A stretch of DNA of 64,000 bases, from positions 45,885-109,884 of the forward strand of contig CAVPIY010000010.1 in the NCBI GenBank assembly GCA_963705125.1, read 5' to 3'. A program made the translations under genes and the position numbers. This DNA is from an uncultured Bacteroidales bacterium (GTDB taxonomy: Bacteria > Bacteroidota > Bacteroidia > Bacteroidales > UBA10428). Shown one piece after another: positions 40,510 to 48,689 of the stretch. Under the pieces are notes generated by a model that was not told the origin of the DNA, made no database searches, and saw nothing but the letters and a program-made list of their open reading frames with translations. The first letter of the stretch is position 1. Every line of letters begins with the position of its first letter.

Positions 40510-40563
40510 GAATTCTCTCCCTTCTACTCATTTTGGACCTTGCATAGTGCACAGATAAATAAG

Positions 40564-41106
40564 CTAAAGAACTTCATTTAATTTTTGATCTATCTTTTTT
40601 AATAGCACCAATTGCTCAGCCTGGCTATCGAATAAAACTTTTATCTGTTCCCCCAAGAGCAAATTCATTTTCTGATGTAAACTTCTGACTTCTACCTCAG
40701 CTTTCAGATTTATGAGGTAATCGTTTTCGCTTCTTTTTCTGTCTCTTTCTTCTTTTCTGTTTTGGCTCATCATAATAACGGGTGCCTGCAATGCAGCAAT
40801 GGCTGAAAGAACTAAATTCATAAGGATAAAGGGATAGGGATCGAATTCGTCTTTGTGCGGTGAGAGGGTGTTAAATAAAATCCAAACGCAAAGAATAATT
40901 GAGAAAACATTGATAAACCTCCAACTGCCACCGAACCTGGCAACCTTGTCAGAAATAGTCTGTCCCCTGGTTAAAATTTCTTTGGGCGGGTGCAAGAGGT
41001 TATCGACTATTAACTTTTCTTCTGTAATGGCCTGTTGAACGATTTGTTGAAGTTTGGTTAATTGTTCGTCTTCTGATTTAAGAAGGTTTTTTATTTCTAT
41101 AGTCAT
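40564..41106 (-). CDS. DUF1003 membrane protein
   Basis: FGGSWRFI, FDPYPFILMNLVLS..AALQAPVIMMSQNR, DY.INLKAE. Confidence 0.92.
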   Translation of the reverse strand: MTIEIKNLLKSEDEQLTKLQQIVQQAITEEKLIVDNLLHPPKEILTRGQTISDKVARFGGSWRFINVFSIILCVWILFNTLSPHKDEFDPYPFILMNLVLSAIAALQAPVIMMSQNRKEERDRKRSENDYLINLKAEVEVRSLHQKMNLLLGEQIKVLFDSQAEQLVLLKKIDQKLNEVL

Positions 41107-41116
41107 AATTGATGTT

Positions 41117-41416
41117 TTATTTTAAAAAGTTGAGTGTGATAAGCAAAATAATTACAAGAATTCCTGAAAGTGCCACTATGAATGAATAATCAGCAATTGT
41201 TTCAAATCGTTTTTCTTTAGCTTTATTTGTTGTCCGGATAGAGATAAATGAGAAAATACAGGAGAAAGTAAGTAAAACAGCGACAACAGAAGTAAATTCA
41301 TCAATAATATAAGTTTCAATCTTATTGGCGATATGCAAGGATGTGATAACGAAAAGACAAAATCCCAGGAGGGTTGCCGATGTGTTTAGGATATGTTGAG
41401 ATGTGTTGTTTGACAT
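41117..41416 (-). CDS. Small three-TM membrane protein
   Basis: HILNTSATLLGFC; co-oriented with DUF1003. Confidence 0.75.
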   Translation of the reverse strand: MSNNTSQHILNTSATLLGFCLFVITSLHIANKIETYIIDEFTSVVAVLLTFSCIFSFISIRTTNKAKEKRFETIADYSFIVALSGILVIILLITLNFLK

Positions 41417-41666
41417 GTTACAAAGTTAATTATAAAAACATAGAACTTTTTAGACAGATACCAGTCAATATTTATGCCTAACTTGCAAGGATGGAAGCAG
41501 ATGCAGATGAATACCTCGGTGACAAAACGTGGCCTGTTTTTCCATGTTATATCAAAGTACATAAATCCTGTGTTTTCAATGCTGAGCCCAACAGTTTGTT
41601 AAAATTTACTTGACATTGTCCTTCTGTTGTCGTAACTTTCATCATATAAATGACCTGAGAATAGCC

Positions 41667-42224
41667 ATGCAACGACTTACCTTGTTGATAATTTTACTTC
41701 TTTTCAGGGGAATGTCCTGTATTTCTCAGGATAGTGTATTTGTTTTGCATCCTGTTGTCGGACATTTCATTGACAGCAGTGAGAAGACATATTATCTCCT
41801 GTTCCCGGAGATAAGCAGCGCAAAATTTGATTCCGGATATATAAAACCTGCCGGAGATCAATATTGCCTGGTTGCACATTTGCTGCCGGATTCCATGTTG
41901 GTAATACAATTGGATACAACGGATATTCAAATCTATAAAACCAATATTGATAAATTATATGCCTACTATTCAGGTCTGTTAAAGATTGACTCCCTAAGTG
42001 AATCAGAAAAAGTGATGAAGATAATTGAAATAAAAAACGGTGGCTCAACCCAAATGAATAACAACCTGTTGAATCCGGCTATAATTGAAACGATTGACAA
42101 TGAAGTCAGAATCGACGGACGATTAAGAGATGATGCTGAAATAAGGAGATTATGGAAACAAGGGAGCAACGTTGATAATGGAGAGCTCTATATTGATTTC
42201 GACTACTTAAAAAAGAAAAAATAG
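41667..42224 (+). CDS. Hypothetical exported protein
   Basis: ATG 41667 gives signal peptide MQRLTLLIILLLF. Confidence 0.65.
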   Translation: MQRLTLLIILLLFRGMSCISQDSVFVLHPVVGHFIDSSEKTYYLLFPEISSAKFDSGYIKPAGDQYCLVAHLLPDSMLVIQLDTTDIQIYKTNIDKLYAYYSGLLKIDSLSESEKVMKIIEIKNGGSTQMNNNLLNPAIIETIDNEVRIDGRLRDDAEIRRLWKQGSNVDNGELYIDFDYLKKKK

Positions 42225-42352
42225 AGAGGATTGAACCCACCATCCCCCGTGAATAGGGTGTATTTTTTAATTATTTGGAATTCATCTCTAAATGCACTAA
42301 ATTTTTGAGATACCTTATTCCCAATTGTAATAATCCTAAAATCATCCGTAAA

Positions 42353-42838
42353 ATGAAAAAAATTGCTTTCCTGACGCTTGCCGCAGCGATCATCCTGGCT
42401 GCATGCCAGCCAAAACCTGCCGCTGTTGACCTGAAAGCCGAAGCTGATGCCATCCGGAACCTGGAAGACCAGTGGACAGCAGCCAACCAGGCAAAAAATG
42501 TGGATAAGGCTGTTGGCATCGTTTCATCCGAATTTATTATGATGCCACCGAAGGCGCCCCTGTCAACCGGAACTGAAACCATCCGGAAAAATACGCAATC
42601 GATGTTTGCAGACAGTACCGTGATGTGGGAAACCTATAAATTTACCTGCGACAAGATAGAAGTGGCAGCTTCCGGCGACCTGGCCTACGTTTACGGCACC
42701 CAGACCATGACGGTAAAAACACCCAAGGGACCGGTTGAAGACGTGGGCAAGGGAGTTGATATCTGGAGGAAGGAAAACGGAGAATGGAAGGCCGTTCTGA
42801 GCATCTGGAACAGTGATAAACCACTGGGAGGACAGTAG
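42353..42838 (+). CDS. SnoaL/DUF4440 lipoprotein, paralog 2
   Basis: Paralog of 40024-40509, including ~80 bp of upstream DNA. Confidence 0.85.
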   Translation: MKKIAFLTLAAAIILAACQPKPAAVDLKAEADAIRNLEDQWTAANQAKNVDKAVGIVSSEFIMMPPKAPLSTGTETIRKNTQSMFADSTVMWETYKFTCDKIEVAASGDLAYVYGTQTMTVKTPKGPVEDVGKGVDIWRKENGEWKAVLSIWNSDKPLGGQ

Positions 42839-42922
42839 CAGAGAGTTTTTCTTAATAAGATAATGAATCAATTTTGAAAGGCAATTATAAGTCAATATTG
42901 ATAAAATTAAGGAGAAATTAGC

Positions 42923-44257
42923 ATGTCACTAATTGATAGATTTTCACAACCCAATATTACTAAACTTGAGAAGGCAGGAAATATTTACGAGCTTTTCAAG
43001 GCTATGCATTACGAATCGAATTTCCAAATTCAAAAGGATGCTTATGAGGCGATAATCCGGGTTTGCAGAGGAAATGAATATCGATTGGTTATGAGATTAC
43101 AAAGTCTGAATTCCTCTGAACAGGATCGTATAGACACTTTAAATGTCCTTGGTGAAATTGGTGAATACACGACTATTGAAGATGTTTCAGGATGCTTATT
43201 TGAGGACTCCTGGAGAATTAGAGAGGCTTCGGCAAAGGCTCTTGGAAATTTTCGCAGTGATAAGGCTTTACCAGCTTTGCTGAAGGCGCTTAAAGAACGT
43301 CGTTTCTTTTCAGAAGTTGTCATCAACGAAATGAAACAATCAAATGATAGCATAAACAATGACTTAACGATTTCTGGTCTGGCAGTGCAGGAGGGGAAGG
43401 TACAAATCGCTATTGTAGAAGCATTGGTAAGAATTACCCCAAAAAACAACCAGCAGGTTCTTGATGATTTAGCATCATTGAATAAAGCGCTTAATATGTA
43501 TACAAAAATAAAACAGCAAAATCCTGCTGCAAGTCTCTTTATGGAGTCAGTGTACAAGGTGGAAAAAGAACTGGCTGAAGCCGTTGATAAAGCGTTGCAG
43601 GCTCTTTCTGATGTCACTGGGAGAAGTGCCATGGATATTGTTGAACAAAACCCCTCAGTTACCCCTTATACCAGTGAGAATACACCGGTTATTCCGGTTG
43701 AAGCAATACATGAGATCCTGGATCTTGCTCAAAACCAGAGGATAGAGGCAATTAAACGTGTTAAAGAACTAACGGGATTGGGATTAAAAGAGGCAGTTGA
43801 TTATCTCAATGAATTGGTCTCAAATCAGAGTAAACTTTCTGCTGTTGTTGAAAAGCCTTTACCGTCGCTTTCCTCCATCATGGAAGTCGAAATACGAAGT
43901 CTTATTGATAATAACAATAGAATATTAGCGATCCAACGTGTAAAACAGTTGATGGGCTGTGGATTAAAAGATGCCAAAGACTATGTTGATAAATTAGCCG
44001 GGGTAAAAAACGAAACAAATGAGCAAACTATAATAAAAGGGCAGGTTACCCGAGGCTTAAGTGAATGTTACAGGTGCCAGCGAAATTTAGGTGACGGTTC
44101 GCTATATCACACAGCTTCAGTATTTCAGTCGGGGTCATTTTCTGATATGACGTATGCCTGTAAATCATGCGGTAAAAAATATTGCCTTGATTGTATGACC
44201 TTACTGAAAAAAAATGGTGGTATTTGTGAAGCGTGCCGTGGTAATCTGGGATGGTAG
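42923..44257 (+). CDS. HEAT-repeat protein with two L7/L12-CTD-like motifs and a C-terminal 8-Cys zinc finger
   Basis: IREASAKALG HEAT; RIEAIKRVKELTGLGLKEA and ILAIQRVKQLMGCGLKDAKDYVD; CYRC, CKSC, CLDC, CEAC. Confidence 0.8.
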   Translation: MSLIDRFSQPNITKLEKAGNIYELFKAMHYESNFQIQKDAYEAIIRVCRGNEYRLVMRLQSLNSSEQDRIDTLNVLGEIGEYTTIEDVSGCLFEDSWRIREASAKALGNFRSDKALPALLKALKERRFFSEVVINEMKQSNDSINNDLTISGLAVQEGKVQIAIVEALVRITPKNNQQVLDDLASLNKALNMYTKIKQQNPAASLFMESVYKVEKELAEAVDKALQALSDVTGRSAMDIVEQNPSVTPYTSENTPVIPVEAIHEILDLAQNQRIEAIKRVKELTGLGLKEAVDYLNELVSNQSKLSAVVEKPLPSLSSIMEVEIRSLIDNNNRILAIQRVKQLMGCGLKDAKDYVDKLAGVKNETNEQTIIKGQVTRGLSECYRCQRNLGDGSLYHTASVFQSGSFSDMTYACKSCGKKYCLDCMTLLKKNGGICEACRGNLGW

Positions 44258-44269
44258 ATACCCTAAACC

Positions 44270-44330
44270 CACATCTCACACCCGCAAGTCACCAGTCACC
44301 AATCACCAATCACCAATCACAAACTACCAT
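44270..44330. repeat. Heptamer tandem repeat (TCACCAR)
   Basis: GTCACCAGTCACCAATCACCAATCACCAATCAC. Confidence 0.75.
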
Positions 44331-44343
44331 ACAGGAATAATTT

Positions 44344-45609
44344 ATGAAAATGTTCATTTTGACTTTAATGGCGGTCTTGTCCCTGGCTGCTTGCAGGCAG
44401 GCCATACATGACCCCGGAAGCCGGATTTGCGTTACGGATTCCTCCATATCGTTAACCGGGTGCAGGGGGTATGATTCAACGGCAGGGGCGTGGACCTGGT
44501 TCAATGACCCGCGGGCGATCCGTGATAACCAATACACCTATTTTGCTGCGGTGGATGGCAGCGGAAGGCTGAAAGTCGTGCAATATAACCATGTGATGGA
44601 TAGCACGGTTGTGGCAGACCTGGGGTTCTTCCAGCAGGATGACCATGATAATCCGGCTTTACGCCTTACCCGTGACGGACATATTGAAGTGTATTATGCA
44701 AAACACGGGGCGCCTGATTATTTCAGGCAAAGATCCTGCAAAGCCGGGGACATTACTGCCTGGCAGAAACCGGTTAACCTGGATGACCAGCTCGGACTGA
44801 GCAATTACACGTATGCCAACATCATCGTGCTGGGTGACACGGTTTTTGACTTTTTCAGGGCCACGCCGGCCGATGGCGGACTGTATACTCTGCACTATTC
44901 AAGGTCTACGGATGACGGGATCACCTGGTCGGTACCCGTGAAACTGCTGACCGGGGAAAGGCCTTATTTCAAGGTTATCAAAAATGGCACGGACCGGATC
45001 GATATCATTTGCAATGACGGGCATCCCAATAAAACATACAACAATTCAACCTATCATTTTTACTATCAGGGAGGCTGGCACAGGTCAGACGGCAGCCGGC
45101 TGGGACCTCCGCCGTTTACGCCTGCTAAGGATCTGACCCGGATCTATGACGGTTCCGGCCCGGCGGGAAAGTCATGGGTCTGGGATGTCAAGGTTAACGG
45201 TTCAGGGTATCCGGTGTGTGTGTTTAATACCACACAAAACGAAACGATGCACCGTTATCATTACGCATCCTGGAACGGTGATCGCTGGGAAGTAAGGACC
45301 CTGGCCGAAAATGCCGGGACTTTTCTGTATCCTGACGAGGCGCAGTACTCGGGCGGAATGGCGATCGACCCGGATTCCACGGGCATAGTATACTGTTCGG
45401 TTGAGACAAAGGGACTGCACAGGCTCTGGCGGTATGAAACGAAGGATAAGGGGGCCACCTGGAAACAGACACAGCTTACCGCGGGGAAGGCCTTCAGGCC
45501 CTACGTCATATCAGGTGCACCGGCGGGGAAAAGGATATTGTACGTGACCGGCACCTATACCACGTATACCGATTATTCTACCTCTATCAGGTTCCTGGAC
45601 GGGTATTGA
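44344..45609 (+). CDS. BNR-4 repeat lipoprotein (beta-propeller)
   Basis: GAWTWFNDPRA, DDHDNPAL, STDDGITWS, TKDKGATW Asp-boxes. Confidence 0.85.
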   Translation: MKMFILTLMAVLSLAACRQAIHDPGSRICVTDSSISLTGCRGYDSTAGAWTWFNDPRAIRDNQYTYFAAVDGSGRLKVVQYNHVMDSTVVADLGFFQQDDHDNPALRLTRDGHIEVYYAKHGAPDYFRQRSCKAGDITAWQKPVNLDDQLGLSNYTYANIIVLGDTVFDFFRATPADGGLYTLHYSRSTDDGITWSVPVKLLTGERPYFKVIKNGTDRIDIICNDGHPNKTYNNSTYHFYYQGGWHRSDGSRLGPPPFTPAKDLTRIYDGSGPAGKSWVWDVKVNGSGYPVCVFNTTQNETMHRYHYASWNGDRWEVRTLAENAGTFLYPDEAQYSGGMAIDPDSTGIVYCSVETKGLHRLWRYETKDKGATWKQTQLTAGKAFRPYVISGAPAGKRILYVTGTYTTYTDYSTSIRFLDGY

Positions 45610-45625
45610 TCTTTCTGACCTCTCG

Positions 45626-45712
45626 CGTCGCGTCTGCATTCCCCGTGGCTTGCCGCGGGATTAGCAAGCAAAAAACAGATGATTCCTCGCAGCGTGCTGC
45701 GAGGAGCTTCAA
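45626..45712 (-). mobile_element. IS200/IS605-like non-autonomous palindromic element (short copy)
   Basis: TTGAAGCTCCTCGCAGCACGCTGCGAGGAA and CCCGCGGCAAGCCACGGGG hairpins; related to 53599-53765. Confidence 0.6.
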
Positions 45713-45714
45713 TT

Positions 45715-46368
45715 TTAAAAATTAACCCCGATAAATAAATTGGGTTCAAAGAGGAAGTAATTGTTCCATTGGCTTTCTTTCTCTTCAAAAGCCTGAGGCC
45801 CCTTGCTGTCAACCGGCCAGTAATTGCAATGAATCTGGGGTTCAATATACATTCTGTGTTTAAACAGGGGTACATGGTAGCCAATATGATAGGAAGTGTA
45901 TAATTTAAAACCATCATCAATCTTATCTGTATTTTCGTCCAGGTATGTTTTCTTCAGTGCCAGGATTTCCAGTGACGCGAACACCCCTTTCCACAGAAAA
46001 CGCTGATAGGCAATACCCAACCCACTTTCTTTGATTCTGCCCGGATACCATTCACTTTCTTCCTGGAAAAGCGGATCGAATAAGGGTATGCCCATGGGTT
46101 CATACAGTTTCCAGGTGGCTGCCTTGATTTCAATTTTATCTTTCGGCGTAATTCTATATCCTACATGAAATTCGACCATGTGTAAATTTTTTTCTTCCGG
46201 TTCAAAATTGGTGAATGTCAGATAAGAGGTACTTACCGAGAATTTGTAGGCAGGAATTGCTTTTCTGGCAGATTCCCCCGAAGCTTGTTTGTGGTTTTGA
46301 CTGAATGCCAGGGTGGTGAACAAGGCAATCATGATGGTTGTTGAAATTGATTTTTTCATTTTCTTCAT
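45715..46368 (-). CDS. Probable outer-membrane beta-barrel protein, paralog 1
   Basis: Signal peptide; YPG....G.G..YQRFLWK; C-terminal GVNF. Confidence 0.75.
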   Translation of the reverse strand: MKKMKKSISTTIMIALFTTLAFSQNHKQASGESARKAIPAYKFSVSTSYLTFTNFEPEEKNLHMVEFHVGYRITPKDKIEIKAATWKLYEPMGIPLFDPLFQEESEWYPGRIKESGLGIAYQRFLWKGVFASLEILALKKTYLDENTDKIDDGFKLYTSYHIGYHVPLFKHRMYIEPQIHCNYWPVDSKGPQAFEEKESQWNNYFLFEPNLFIGVNF

Positions 46369-46400
46369 TTTTTAATTTGGTAATTGTGAATGTTTAACTG

Positions 46401-46988
46401 TCAGAACCTGAATCCGAAATTCAGGGCGGGTTCAAACTTGTATTTGGGTGCTCCGCTTTCAACAGCGGCAAAGGGGGCAGGGAAATTGGTGTTGACAGGC
46501 CAGTACTTCAGGGCATAAGCAGGTTCCACGAACAACCGTTTATGCAGGAATTCAAAGCGGTAGCCCACGATAAACTGGAGATACAGCTGGAAACCCTTCT
46601 GGATTTTTGTGTCATCTGCATTGTAGAATTGCTGAAGAAAGAAGGTTGGCTCGACAGTGGTAAACAGGTTCTTCCACAGGAATCGCTGATATCCCGTTCC
46701 AATCCCGTAAGCCCTTACCTTACCCGGATAGAATTCCTCGGAGGATCCATAAGTGCCCAAGGGTTCATAATACGTCCAGGTGATGGCTTCGACTATCATG
46801 TTGTCCTTTGGGGTGAGCCGGTACCCGTAGTTCAATTGCATGAACCGGACTGAATCCCCGATATTCCCCAGGAGGAAGAGCGAACTTCCTATGGTGTGGC
46901 GTCTGAAGACATCCTTCTTTGCTGTCTGGCAAAAGGCCGTCGCTGAAATCAAGGCCATGACAATGGCCGTTGCAATGGTTTTTTTCAT
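46401..46988 (-). CDS. Probable outer-membrane beta-barrel protein, paralog 2
   Basis: Shares GYRLTPKD, YEPLG, YPG, YQRFLWK, YWPV, FEP with the neighbour. Confidence 0.75.
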   Translation of the reverse strand: MKKTIATAIVMALISATAFCQTAKKDVFRRHTIGSSLFLLGNIGDSVRFMQLNYGYRLTPKDNMIVEAITWTYYEPLGTYGSSEEFYPGKVRAYGIGTGYQRFLWKNLFTTVEPTFFLQQFYNADDTKIQKGFQLYLQFIVGYRFEFLHKRLFVEPAYALKYWPVNTNFPAPFAAVESGAPKYKFEPALNFGFRF

Positions 46989-47175
46989 TTTTGTCTGTTT
47001 TTATGGCTTTTATGAAATGTAAGATGTTGGTTAAATCTGCATCAAAGGTGTGATGCGCCCAGACAAAAAAAATCACCCGTGCGGGTGATTTTGGGGGTGA
47101 TTTCTGCAATGACTGATTGTGATCTATATCAATCCGGGCTCTTTGACTTTTTTAAATGCTTATGCACGGCCATTA

Positions 47176-47310
47176 AAGTGACGCGTGACGCGTGACGAGT
47201 AACAAGTGAGCGAGAGCTAGGGCAATATCCGGGCATAACCCTCCACCCCCACACACAAATCTCACACCCACTTATCACCAGTCACCATTCACGAGTCACG
47301 AATTACCATT
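47176..47310. repeat. Inverted heptamer repeat clusters (GTGACGC / GTCAC)
   Basis: GTGACGCGTGACGCGTGACGAGTAAC facing TCACCAGTCACCATTCACGAGTCACG; related to 39363-39400 and 44270-44330. Confidence 0.65.
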
Positions 47311-47398
47311 TCTTTCTTTACATTCGTAATTCCTTTTTGCAAAAATATTCCACATGGAACGATTACTTTTTCCTATCTGCCGGTATTAATCTCTGAAC

Positions 47399-47989
47399 AT
47401 GCTCTCACACTATTCCGATACGGATATGCTCCGGGGTCTGGTCTCCCATGATAATAAGATCCTCAGGGCCTTTTACAGCCGGTATTCCCGCAGTATCCGC
47501 AGATACATCCGGTCCAACCAGGGCAGCAGCGAGGATGCCCGGGACATATTCCAGGAAGTCCTGCTTGTTATTTTCCGGCGGGTGCGTAGCGGTTCGTTTA
47601 CGCTGACCTGTTCCCTGGGCACTTACCTGTATTCCGTTTCAAAGCTGCTGTGGCTGAAGGAGCTTCGCAGGCGGAAAAGGTTCTCAGACCAGCCGGCTGA
47701 ATGGGAGGCATATACCGATGAAGATATGGATTTGATCCGGATGGCGGAATACAACGAGCGTCAGCGGATCTACCGCCGGCATTTTGAGCAGCTCAGCGAA
47801 GCCTGCCGGAAGGTGCTGGCCTTATTTCTGGATGGTAAATCCATAGCAGAAATAACAGCCCTTATGGGCTATAAAAGTGATCAGCATACCCGGAACCGGC
47901 GATACCGTTGCAAAGAAACCCTGATCAACCGGATCCGGGGCATTTCGAATGATAAAACAGTAAAAAATGGAAACGACAAGGATCATTGA
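47399..47989 (+). CDS. ECF RNA polymerase sigma factor
   Basis: DARDIFQE, LGTYLYSVSKLLW (region 2); LSEACRKVL, SIAEI..LMGY, RYRCK (region 4). Confidence 0.92.
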   Translation: MLSHYSDTDMLRGLVSHDNKILRAFYSRYSRSIRRYIRSNQGSSEDARDIFQEVLLVIFRRVRSGSFTLTCSLGTYLYSVSKLLWLKELRRRKRFSDQPAEWEAYTDEDMDLIRMAEYNERQRIYRRHFEQLSEACRKVLALFLDGKSIAEITALMGYKSDQHTRNRRYRCKETLINRIRGISNDKTVKNGNDKDH

Positions 47990-48689
47990 GGCCTACCTCG
48001 ACGGAACCCTGGGCCTGCCCGAACGGGCAGACCTGGAAGCCCGTGCCGCCCAGGACCAGGAATTAGCTGACCTGATCCTGCTGCACCGGGAGGTGAATGA
48101 GAGTATTCGGGATGAGGAGATGCAAAGACTTGAAGCACAGCTGTTCAAAATAGAAATTGAAATGCAAGTATCACAATATGGAAATTTATTGCGCATAGCA
48201 GCACTTTGGATAATTGTATTATCGGTTTATATTATCATTAAGATATGCATACTTCATAATGTAATTGGCCAATCAATATATGATAAGTATTACTCAAAGT
48301 ATCAACCGGATATTATATTTCGATCAACTGACACAACTACATCAGCACTAGACAATGCACTTTTACAATACGAATCAGGAAATTATATCCGAAGTATAAA
48401 GCTTCTAGATAGTATACTAATTTATGATAAAGATAATTACATAGCCTACTTTTTTCTTGGTTTAGCTTGCCTTGAACTTCAGGCTCCTTTGGATGCAATC
48501 ACATCATTTGAAGTCATACCTGATAAATGGGATAGCCCATATTCTATACATCGTGATTGGTACCTTGGACTTTCTCTATTAAAAACGAAAAGGTACAAAG
48601 AGTCTGTCTTAATTATGAAAAAACTGTATACAAATAGTGGTTACTATTCAAATGAAGCAAAAAGTATCATTCGCAAACTAAGAATTTGA
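47967..48689 (+). CDS. Putative anti-sigma factor: cytoplasmic ASD-like region, TM helix, periplasmic TPR
   Basis: IEAYLDGTL...ER..LE N-terminus, IAALWIIVLSV TM, YFFLGLA and WYLGLSLLK TPR; overlaps the sigma gene. Confidence 0.8.
   Translation: METTRIIEAYLDGTLGLPERADLEARAAQDQELADLILLHREVNESIRDEEMQRLEAQLFKIEIEMQVSQYGNLLRIAALWIIVLSVYIIIKICILHNVIGQSIYDKYYSKYQPDIIFRSTDTTTSALDNALLQYESGNYIRSIKLLDSILIYDKDNYIAYFFLGLACLELQAPLDAITSFEVIPDKWDSPYSIHRDWYLGLSLLKTKRYKESVLIMKKLYTNSGYYSNEAKSIIRKLRI

Noticed and set aside
42923-44257. Ribosomal protein gene rplL
   Set aside because: Only short CTD-like motifs within a 444-aa multidomain protein, outside any ribosomal operon.
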